From Ascidiella aspersa (lineage: Eukaryota), in assembly GCA_963924565.1 (NCBI GenBank), contig OZ004607.1:27032001-27096000 (forward strand): a DNA stretch of 64,000 nt. Direction: 5' to 3'. A model generated the notes under the pieces. It did no database searches, had not been told where the DNA came from, and was given only the letters and a program-made list of their open reading frames with translations. Made by a program: the position numbers and the translations under genes. Shown here piece by piece: positions 39,701 to 51,700 of the stretch; the first letter of the stretch is position 1, and each line of letters opens with the position of its first letter.

Positions 39701-42700
39701 GGCGATTCGGCGACTGCCCAAGTACACGGTCAACGTCGAGCAGGTACAGACTCTGAGCTTTTGTGTTGGGATTAGCTTACACTTGAAGGCATGGTCTCGT
39801 CCTGTTTTGTGTAGGTTTTGATTTTTCAATCGTCTAGGTTGGCTTTGCTAGTTTGTGCACGTGTCAGTTTTGTATCGACTTATAGGCTGTCGTTTTTTTC
39901 TGCCAAATCAACCTACTTCGTATTCGGCCGCGTCGTTTCATTTCGCCGAATTAATTTTATCTATACACGGTTTTTGTGAAATTGTGCTCTAAGAGAATTT
40001 TACTAACAGTGTGAGATGGGGGCCTTCTGTATTTTAAAAGGCCTTATATGTTTGATAAACAAAGCTAATTAATAAACGTATATATTTCTCCGGAAATTCT
40101 TATTTTAATGTATTGCCATTACGTGGTATGAGCACAATAAAAGTATATTAAATGAATAATTTACCTAAAACGTTTAATTACTGAACGGCAATAAAAAACG
40201 TTTAATTACTGAACGGCAATAAAAACAATACAGCTTTTAACTAGCTCCTGAAATATAGTTACGTAATTAAACTAACATTGACGATAATTACTAAATTTAC
40301 ATATAACATTGATAAATGTCATAGAACTTAGTCTTTTTACCGAAATGTCTTATTATGCTGCTGCAATATTGTACAACAAAACATGGACTCAACGAAATTG
40401 ATAAAGGTGATAGCTGATAAGTTACTATACTTTCTATAAACGTGTTCGTAACTTCAAAAGGCGGGTTAATTGACTATAGAAGCTATAAAAAATTACTGTA
40501 TGAAGAGTCAAGTGAAGTTGCATTTTCACTGCAAAAACAATAGAAGCAGACAACAACTGCTTTTTTGACATTCACGTTCTTTGTGTGAGTGACTGATATA
40601 CTACAGCTGTGAGGACTGAAGATATATCAACCTTCAAATTGCTAAAGCTTAAAACCTCCTGATGTAACCGCGCAGAACTTTTACACAATATTAACGTACT
40701 GTAACAAAATATTACAACAAATGTAAGCATAATATAGTGACTTAGGCCATAGATTGCAAAATGCTAACATTATTTACTCGATTGGTACAAATACGGCTGG
40801 ATTACAGAAGGATTGAGAACCGCGCAGGCACGTTTTACGAAGTAACATTTTCAGAGGCATTGTTAAAATCAATGACTCATAGCGATTGCTCATATGAACA
40901 ATATTAGCAAATTAGCTAACATAAACATCGAGATACATTAATAACATATGTGAAAAGAAAACATTTTGAATTTTAGTATTATTCCACGGCTAAGTTACTT
41001 AACTAACCTTAACGTAATCAGCGGCGATCAACACAAACGATAAGCGACATCACTAATACACAATGTAGATGATCTACGTTTTGTAAAGTGTATTGGAAAG
41101 TCCTATCTTGCGGTACTTTTCTAGCAAACACATACGCCGAGAGACAGTAAATAGTTGACACACGTATAAGAAGGTTACATTATAATACTTGATTATTCAA
41201 CGTTTTGTGCTACAGAGTTATGTGTTATAACTGCTAATTTTAAAGAAAAACGGTACAGTTTGAAATATACTTATTACTTATGGCACATTTAACAGTAGAA
41301 AAGTACACACCAGTTATTTTAAACAGTTGTATTTTGCCTTCACCATTACGCTTATTTTAGTTAAAAAGCTATGATTCCGTCTAGCCCAGTGGTTCTCAAA
41401 GTTTTTTATATTCCTCCCTTACAAATTCAAACGCTTGTCAATTCCTCCCCAGAAAAAAACATCAAGTATTCTACCTTTTATTATGTATTACTTCGATGTA
41501 CCCTGCTGACAGGAAATCAAACCTACAGGGAAAAGTCGACAAAACTAAATATATAATATATATGTAAAACTGCAATAGACACATCTGCGCCAAAAGCCAA
41601 GACTTGTTACAAAATTTGGATACGCTAATCGTTTCAAAGTTGAGTTTGTTTGAACGTATGACATAGGCATGAATTTTATACTTAATGCCTGCATCGGTGT
41701 ATATTTCTTAAATGGTTGTAACTATGAAGAAACATACAATACCAATCATTACAAAAAAGCTTTACACTGCGTATATTAAAACCGATTTTTTTTTCGACTT
41801 TAGTGTTTAATTGTTTCTAAATATTTTGTCTTTTGAAAGTGATGGGTGATTTGCCGTAGATATTTAGCGGAGAGACAGAGTCAGTTAAAGTCCACCTTAA
41901 TGGCAAAACACAGTAATGCGATTTTTTGGCTTCAGAATAGCCAGAAAGCCGTCAACTAGTTTAAGACTGCGCGTTGCCAGCGCTTGCAAAGACCGCCTTT
42001 CTTTGTTCTTTGATAAAGTTGGTCGCGTTTTCTTCAAGCTCACTTCACGACCTTTTGAAATAGATGAAATAAACTATTCGATGCTTTCAAAAGTGGATAT
42101 GAAATCTTCAGTGGAAAACACACGGCTCGCTGACCTGCTAAGACCCGTGCATGGAGGTTAAGCAGATAAGTCAGTTGTGCGCGACCAACATACCGAACTG
42201 GTTGCCTCAAAATGGATGGTAAATCCGTATGACATTCTGTTTTAGTAATCAAACCCTATACATTTTCTGTGTGAGCTCGACTACTTGCACTCTAGCGGTA
42301 AACTGTATTGCTTTGTAAACTGTTGCTCTAAGGTGCCCGAAATATGTGTCGCAAACTCGGAAACACCATTTATACAAAACTTGTTTCAACCGAAATTGGA
42401 TATTCGCATACGTGTCTTAAAACTAAAATGGCGCCGCGAAGACATAAAAGTTGAAAAACGCTGCTTTAATTAAAAGTTTTGTACGGTCTACCAATCAGTT
42501 AGCCGTTTTATACCACTATAGAAGTGTTTTGATTTAAAAAATTCTATAAACAGAGTACATTATACGATAAATCATTCGCGTGTCCGGTCGTTCTGCCGTA
42601 TTTGCTTGCATTGGAAAATCTCAATTGCAAAGTCAAACGGGTAGGAAAAAGTCTGTTGCAGTTTGTCTTTTTACACATAAAACAGCCCGAACATATATTT

Positions 42701-45700
42701 AGTTTCTAGCCCGTAGAACGACCAGAAAGCCGCCAACTAGTTTCAGGCTGCCGGTCACCAGCACTTGCAAATGCCGGCCGCTTTTGTTTGCCCTTTGTTG
42801 ATTATCGTCTCCCGAGATCTTTCCCATCAAGCTCCGATCACGACCTTTCGAAATGGATGCAATGAATTCTTCGATGCTTTCATGGGTGAATATGGAATCT
42901 TCAGGCATGTGCTGCGGTTCTGCATACGGAAAAAGTTACTAATTTGCGCGATTTATGTAGTACCTTTCAAAATTTTCAGCTGGAAGCTGGTCGATCCGAC
43001 TAGCTAATAAGGCGTGTAATTTACGTGTTGTTGTTCGGGTAATACCTTTAGGCCGATTTCGTCCCCAAAAAGAAGTAATACAATTATGTTTATTTTAATC
43101 TGTGTGTAATTTATTGCAGAATACACCTTCTATATTCTAACGTAGTCAAATCAAAGAAGCAGTATTACAAATTCGCTATTCGTTGGAGTTTTACATTTGT
43201 AGATAACCCTGCGTTTCTAAATAACAATACACAATATCACTTACAAAACAGTATTTTTCGTATATGGCCGTATTTGTCAAGCAAGGGGCGGCACCCAAGC
43301 AAGGCTCACAGTCGAACGAAACACAATTAAACAGTTCGATGCCATCAATGATATCTTAGACCAGTGGTTCTCAACCTTTTATGCTTCGTGGCCCCCTTTG
43401 AAAGGCTCTCAACCCTCGTGGCTCCCCTGCTTATAAAAATACCAAGCATTGTGTTTAAAGTCTCTTCACTTGTTTTACTTCTTTACGTTAACCACCAATA
43501 CAGCCATTAATCAACGATAAATGCACTTACTTTCTAAAAATTTAACAAAGAAGTCATTTTATTTCAAACTATAACTTAGTTAGTCATTACAAATTTTGTT
43601 CTTCGACGCCACCAAGGTATTTTATATATTCGGCTCTGTTTTGTACTGAGCCATGTCACTACACTCGTCGAGATGATTACTCGATTTTCGTTTTATTAAT
43701 GCGCGTTACTATTAGCCTACTTGACAAATAAGCTGCATAAACCGATGAATGTTGGCCTAAAAATGACCTTTTGAATAACCCGGTAGCGTATTTTATGCGT
43801 TTTACGGTGAAATGTTTCCTTTGCAACTGAACGCCCTTAAAGGAAATTGCGAACCGTTGCACCTGGCAATACACACTGGTTACTAACAGCATTTGCGGAC
43901 ACTTAATGATTGGGCGAAGGGTATCGGCAAGTAATAATTGGCCGCTCGAAAAAAACGCTGACGCCGCACGATAGATGACTATCTACAAAGCAGCACAGTA
44001 ATTGTTTTGCCACAGCGACAGGTCCCTAACCAAACTTGCCACTCGCGAACGACCAATTAGGCCTAACTTTCTGCGATAAAACGAATAAAAAGAATTCAAT
44101 ATTCTACTTTAAACATCCCTACTAACTAGTCAAAGTAGGTGTCAGAAAAATGTGTTACAAAGCGTTACAAGAAAGGTTTTCATAATAAAAACACAAAATT
44201 AAATTAACTGGTAAATTTTGAAAATAGTGACACTTTGGTTTTCGCAATATTTAGCTGGAGAGTTATGCCGGTGGCCCCCCAATGACCGGTCCGTGGCCCC
44301 CCAGGGGGCCGAGGGCCATGGTTGAGAAACCCTGTCTTAGATGTCACCATTCTTATCGCCTTTTACTTGCGCTTGTGCTTTTACGTGCATTTTAATTGTT
44401 TTCATTTACACTTTGACCTGATGAAGCACGGTTGTGCGAAAGCTTGTCGAGAATCCAATACAATTTGTCCTTATACAGTGCCACCTGATTCCTCTAAAAT
44501 AGTATTTGTGTGATTTTTTTTTGTGTGTTTTACTTTTAACACCAACCTGACATTTCCTGCAATTCCACCCAGGCATCTTTGTTCCTTATTAGTCGATCTT
44601 GTTCGTCTCGTGTAGCTTGCTTGCCGTCATCGAAAATAACGTTCGAGACGAAGGCGGCGCGTGAAAAGTTGCAGCTTTGCAGCAGAGCCAGGTGATTGAA
44701 GGCGTTCCTATCCAACGTGATGTTAAAGACCAGAACTCGCTCGCAGACTTTCCCGACGCGCGCTTCTTCCCGCTTTGCTTCCTGCATGAACCAAGTCTTG
44801 GCGCACGTCATGCTACGCATCGTGTGCGCGCCGTCCAAATAGAAACTCGTCGAGTCGAACTTGATAACCTGTGATCTGCCGTTTAACTCGCAGTTCTCGA
44901 GCGCATTTTTGTGCTTTTCGCCGATGTGATCCAGTCCTAAGTGGGCGCCCACACCAAGATGCGTGCGCAGCCATTGGTTCGCCAAGTGAACGGCGAGGGA
45001 CGTGTTAAGCTCTTGGTGTTTGCCCGCAAGCGAAAGTCTAACCTTTCCTGTCTGATTGTCGCAATTCGCAAGTTTGGGAACCACCGAGAGCGGCACGTTT
45101 TTCTCCAAAGCGACATCGTTGAGAATCTTCACGGCGTCGATCGGTTGCCTGACAGTGAACGCGGGCGAGCCAGGCTTGAAAATTCCCGCTTTGTGCCACG
45201 CGATGGACTCGGTGCTGTTGCCCAACAGCTTTATGTGGTCAACTCCGATGGAAGAAACCCCACACACAGTCGGCCTAGGAACTACGTTTGTGATGTCATA
45301 AGCACCGCCTATTGACACCTCCAGTATAGCTGCATCCACGCTTTCGTGCTTGAAGACGTAGAACGACATGGCGGTGATAAAGTAATAAAAATCTGGAAGC
45401 GGAACTGTTCGCTGGCTTGCGGTCGCCTTCAATCGTTCGTCGACCTTCCAAAAGTAATCGGTGAAAAGTTGTCTCGAAATCGGTTTTCCGTCGATTCTGA
45501 TCCTTTCTCTCACTTCAACCAAATGCGGAGAGGATAGAAATCCGGTTTTCACTCCGTGACGCTGCAATATGCCTTCAACGAAAGCGCAAGTCGAACCCTT
45601 GCCCTTAGTGCCTGTGACATGAACCGCGTTCATCTTGTTGAGGTCGTTCTCGTCCACGTCAAGTCCGCGAAGAAATCCCTGCATGGTTTCTTTGGCGTGA

Positions 45701-48700
45701 ATCCCATAAGGGGCACCGCCAAACATGTCTAAGCCCATATATTTATACAGGGCGTTTACTGCTCTGTGGTAGCTTATGTCGTTTCTCAACTGGTGAAGGC
45801 ATCTTGTTAACCAAAGATTTTTCCTGGCGCCGAGCAAAGTAACGTTCATTCTAATCATCTTTTTTCGCCGTCGGTTTAAAAACTTGCCCGCACTTTAAAT
45901 ATTCCACAATGTTGCGGTCTGCTGCTTGTACATTTGACTTGCTATTGTTCTGAATTATGAGCTAAATATAAGGCGGTTGTTAGTTAAGTCGAAAAACACT
46001 TAAAACAATTATTTCTATAATTAATTAAAGCGACAACCTGTCAACATAATTATCTGCAATCGTGTTGACACAACCAACTGTCGTTTTCTTTTTAAGCAGT
46101 AAGTTATGCGTTAACAGCCAAGCGTATTCTGGGGGTCAACGAAAACTCGGTCGTTCGGTCTCGGTTAGGTTAAAGACAATCAAGCGTAACCAACAGAAAG
46201 GTCGAAACTACCTTGTCCACAGCAGTCCTCCTCTACCTATCTATGCCATAAACTGGCACATTTTGGGGGCGAATTCAAAACCAATTGTTGCACCGCTTTC
46301 TGTTGTATCATGTTCGTTGAGACAATTTGTGCGAAAATGTACACACTGCAAACACCTATTCGCTAACCGTTACAAATACTAACCCTCGTAAACGAAGGGA
46401 CGTGCTTAGTTCGTCCTATAGCACGTTTTACAATTATCACACGCAGTTTACGATAACGCGTCTCTAAAACACTTTACTAAGCTTTAATCACCAGTTGTAG
46501 ATATCACATATCTTGAAGTAACCATATGATATTGTGCACTTATGCAATAAGTCACAAATTTAACGAAATAAACGAAGCACAATTTTATGGACCACTTTTT
46601 CCATCTACCGCACCGGTGGTCAAACCGCGGCTCTTCAACCAGTTTTATGCGGCTCTTACGTTCATTTCGTATAAATTTTTGGGGGATGTTCGATGTCTAT
46701 TATCGTGTGCCCAATTTTTGCCTTTTTTCGCCGAATTCTACTTATTATCTGCAAAAATTTTCGCGCCTTGCACAAAGCGTTTACCTTTCCACTATGCCTC
46801 AGTCTGAGAAATCTTGTTAGAATGGTACTTCGCTAACACCTTAAGGGGTGATGGTTTTTGTTGTCCTACCTTTTGAAAGTTTTCATGCTTGATATCCGTT
46901 GCAAAGTTGCACACACTGTTTTGGGGCTTTTATATCACGCCTAACAAACAAAATTATAGGATCTACCTCTGCTCAGATTCCACTTTCTTTTGTCAACAGA
47001 TTTCGGAAGCGTTAACAATGTGATGGCTATTATTTGAGCAGTCCTGTAGTCTGAATATAAATTTGCTTAAATGTAACTTATACGGAATATTGAGTTGATA
47101 AAATAATAATATTATTAATTTGAATAAGTCACTTCCTTCGAATGAATCATTCGAGTATATGAGAAAAAAACAGAATGTACATAATTTATGTAAATGAGAA
47201 ATTAATCATGATGTACAAAGAAAAGATGTACATAATTTGTGTAAATGAGAAAGAGACAGGATCTACAAAGAAAAGATGTACATCATTTGTGTAAATGAGA
47301 AAGAGACAGGATCTACAAAGAAAATATGTACATCATTTGTGTAAATGAGAAAGAAACAGGATGTACATAATTTGTAAAAATGAGAACAAACAGGATGCAC
47401 ATAATTTCCAATGTGTAAGGGGTGTTGCTCTTCGCAGTAATGCAAGTAACAAATGTGGCTATTGGTCTCTGACTGGTTGGCCACTTCTGCTACTGTGGAA
47501 TAACTTTGAAAATGTTATTAAACGATGGGATTTGACTGAATGTATGAAGTAAAAATCAAACGTAAAACCCGTCCAAGAGTATAACCCGCGCCAATAAACG
47601 TTTACCGTAGTCGCCATTTCGGTGAAGTTATTTTAACTTAAGCTATTAGCATGTTTTTTTTGTGTTTTTTTTAACTTGCAGACCAAGAAATACGGCGGTG
47701 AAGTATGTGACATCACAATCCAAATTGTGCTCAACAATGCCGACGACCTATCGTCACTTCAAACTGCTGGAAAAAAGCACGCCTGTTTACTGCTGATTGG
47801 TGCGTGATGTGTAAATCTAATAAATACAAACCCGTTTTTTGTAACCAAGATAGTCGAAAACCCGACGTTGTCGCATCTTATTAGAAATACTGCCTGCTGG
47901 CCCGAATATAATTTTTCTTTGCGAGCTTTCCTTATAAAATGAGATAACTATATTTTTTAAGACATGTATCGTATGGTCGTAATCATAGATTTCTGTGCAT
48001 AGTACGAAACATACATGAAAATGATGTACAGTTGTACACGTTTAGTAAAGAAAGCTAGAACTCATTATGTTTTTATGGCGTTTGTTTTATATATGTATAA
48101 TCAGAGTATTTTGTGCAAAGTTATAAATGGGTATGTAATAGATATACATATGTATTGGGCAATTAAGCTAAAACATATTGTTGTAGCGGAAACACTAACT
48201 GCTTCGCTGACATGATACCCATTTTTGCAGGCGACACAGACAATCACGTCATCATAAAGCAGCGCATATTCGACAGCACTCTGACGTCATCAAGCGATCA
48301 TGCGTGGCAGCGGTCGGTCACGGTTCGGCGAGCGGCAAGAGGAGACGAACTCAGTGTGAAGCTTATAAGCATGGACTGGGGTGAGTTTTCCATAAAAAGA
48401 AAATCGCGCGATGTTTTAATAGGATATTTTATTGAGTTTTGGTGGTGGTACGAATAATATGTTTTACTTACTTTTTGAATTTAATGTAGCTTGGTAGGTT
48501 CTAACTTGTTTTAATGATATAGTATTATGTATAGTGAAAGTGAGTAAAACACATCATTTGAATACAATTCAATTAGACCAGTGGTTTTTAACCTTTTTTC
48601 AGTCGCGACCCCCTTTGTAATACAATGGCAAATGTTGCAAAAATATAGATTAGCGCAAAAAAGTTCGAGTCCCGCTGTTGCTAGGCTGTTATCTTCATCA

Positions 48701-51700
48701 AACATGGATAAAAAATAGTTCGAAAGGAGGATAACTTTTATCGTTTATCTATAAGTTAGCCAAAGTGAAATTAAATGGGACCGTTATACGTGATATGAAA
48801 ACATGCAATGGCACTCAAAAAAGTTTTGTGTTAAAAAAGTTAGCAATAGTATTAAACGAAAAATTGGCGCGAAGCGCGAAATGTTTTTGCTGTTTCAATG
48901 TTGCAGTTGGCAAAAAAACAGAGTTTGTACAGCTGTAGGAGTGTAGGAGTGGTGCCCAACCCAAAGAAAACCAATAAATACTGAGAAAAAACTAAATAAT
49001 GAAGTAGAGCTCGCGCCCCCCTAAGAATTGCTTGGCGCCCCCGGTTAAGAACCGCTGAATTAGACACTAAAATCCATTCCTTATTTTTTATGTTTAAGTT
49101 TTGTCGTTTTTTTTACGAAGCAAGTATTGCTGGTGGCGCTTTAAAAATTTACACGTTTGCTGGCCCAAAAGTCATTTCGATAAGTACAAAGCTTTTAAGG
49201 CGAATGTATGAGGCAAATTTCCTAAATGATAGTTTTATTATATTATACATATACAACCTTTTTTAATGTACCCTCAGTTGGAATTGACATCGAGAGTACC
49301 TACACCCCCTACTACCCTGGTCCTCGCCGAATGAGCGCAACCACACAGGGAATTAGAACCGACACCAACAAACGACTGGAGTCGAAGCAGTCCGACGGGA
49401 AAAGGCAAGTATTTATAAGAGATTAATTTGTTTGGCTGTTTGCACAGGCACTTCACTCTGTTTAAATCTCCTATACAATTGATGTTGCGTTTGTATTGAG
49501 CTTATGAACTAGATACGGCACACAACACTTAATGACACCTGAGGCCTGTGGTTCTCAAACTTGTCAGCTTGCGTCGAACTTAGAATATATTTGGCGGCAC
49601 CTCAAAAGAATTCTAACGTGAGGATTAAATTTACTACACGGTAAAGCAATAGGCAAATCATAATTGTCGATTATTTAATGGAGAGTATGCGTTCAAGTCT
49701 TACATGCTTAACTGCATGTTTATTTTTAATATGAATAGAACTTCTCTTGCATACAGTTCGAGAAACATTTTTTAACTATACGTAAACATACCTGATTAAA
49801 CGACATTATTGTTCGAGTGGGTTTTTCCTTCGTTTAGTCACAAAACACGAACAACGTGCAGATTATGATATAGGATTTTTGTTTGGGAGGGAAATTAAGA
49901 TTTTTTTAGAGATGACGTAACAAAATTGTCGCGAACCGTTACGTCAAAACGTGTCATCACAAAGTTACAAAATAATTTAAAACACCATACAGTTTTTATT
50001 AAATTAAAATTATAAGTTGTAGAGGGGTTACTCTAAATATTTAATATATCTTACAAAGGTGTTTTTATCAAAATGGGCGAAGACATAATAGAAGCAAAAC
50101 ATTTTTAGTTTACGTATTCAAAATATGTAAAAATACGGTTTGGAGTGAACATGACCACGTGGAAAAATATCATTTATTTTTTGTTAAGTTGGATATAGTA
50201 CATCAAGTGGTGTGTTTTATTATTCGTCCTCCGATTTTCATTTGTGAATTAGTAAAGCAAATAACGGCATATTTTAAATTCCAGGAGGCCATGTCGACAC
50301 ACTTGTCACAATAAACGTCTCTGCGCCCATGACTGCTGCAAGATTGGCATCGAAACGGGTAAGATATAGTCTCACGACATCTATATTTTGAAACTTGTAT
50401 TTTCTCTTATTACTCTTTTTGTAGGCCCGACACCGACCACCAGGCAAGAGACTTCTGAACTACCGAAGGCAAGTAATATTAGTTGCAAAAATATAACTTT
50501 ACACACCTTCTGTTTATGAATCGATGTTACCAATTATGTTCACCGTAGTTTAATTTAGGCAGTTTTTAGATATTTTCGGTAACGGAAACGTAACGTTTTA
50601 ATAGATTGTAGATAATGTTAAATATTATACAGAATATGCCTTTTGTTTTTATTATGCCTGGATATTGTGTAAAAGCACTCCTAGCACGGCAAAATCTACG
50701 TTTTCCAGTCTCTTCGAATTACCCATTTATTAGCAAATATACGAAAGACCGCTGTGTTAATGTTCCAAGTTTGGTAGGCTGGACAAATATACATTGATTT
50801 ACCACATGTAACGAACAAAAATTTCCCTATTCGTATATCTCGCAATTTTGTATCAAACTTTCGAACGTTTTAATCCGTCCCCACCAGCAAACATCCAGCA
50901 TCGATTACATGCAAAAGTACCGATATAATCCACACGAAAAGTACGGCAAGACAACGAGCCAGCATTTCAACCAGGTGGTCCCTTCAACTCCCAACGCACC
51001 GCCAAGGTAAGACCTCAGTAGGTATGTCCGATAATATCGGATCAGGGCCGAAACCTAGTGGTAGTATAGGTACTTGTCCGATAACGGGATGGTATTGATC
51101 CCCGAGATCAACCTAATATGATAAATTTAGCCATACTTTGCTATCAAACGCAGCACTTTAACCTTGAAAGGTAAATTTAACCATAAATAGGAAACTAAAT
51201 TTTTTACGCTAAAGCAATTTTTTTATATCCTAGAAGAAATGCCTTTTGAACGTTTTAATTCCATTTATTTTTATTTTTTTAAGCATAGTAATGACATAAT
51301 TTAGTATTGGTATCGGGATACTTTTTGCCTAAACACCGCTTATCGGTATCGGAATAAAATGTCCAGTATCGGACATCTCTAAACCTGAGCAGTTATTTTC
51401 TTCCCGTGCTATGTGTCTAGATTTGTTTTGCCTTAATTTTAAGGGGCGCTTTTAGATGATTTTAGTTGAGAAACAATTACAAAACATTTAACTTATTGGT
51501 TTTGCGAATAAACCTTCGTTGCAGTGACTTGGTAAAGTATACTCGAAGACGATTAGTTGTATGCCAAACCTAAAATTCCTTTCGAGGATTACGTGTATTG
51601 CCGATGCATTACCAATTCCTTTTTAAAATGTAAAATATCATCATATACGTTTGTCGGTCGAGATCGTTGCCATCGACCCAAAAAATGTAATACCAACAAA

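Noticed and set aside
40168-40225. Short tandem duplications (also near 14205, 26271, 37580)
   Set aside because: Ordinary 18-28 bp slippage duplicates with no further structure.
44536-45858. Bacterial folC horizontal transfer or contamination
   Set aside because: Motifs are eukaryotic FPGS-type ([19 protein letters not shown]), there is a leader peptide and a spliced C-terminal exon, and it is embedded in a host intron.
47177-47408. CRISPR-like array
   Set aside because: Head-to-tail 50-bp minisatellite without unique spacers, in a eukaryotic intron.
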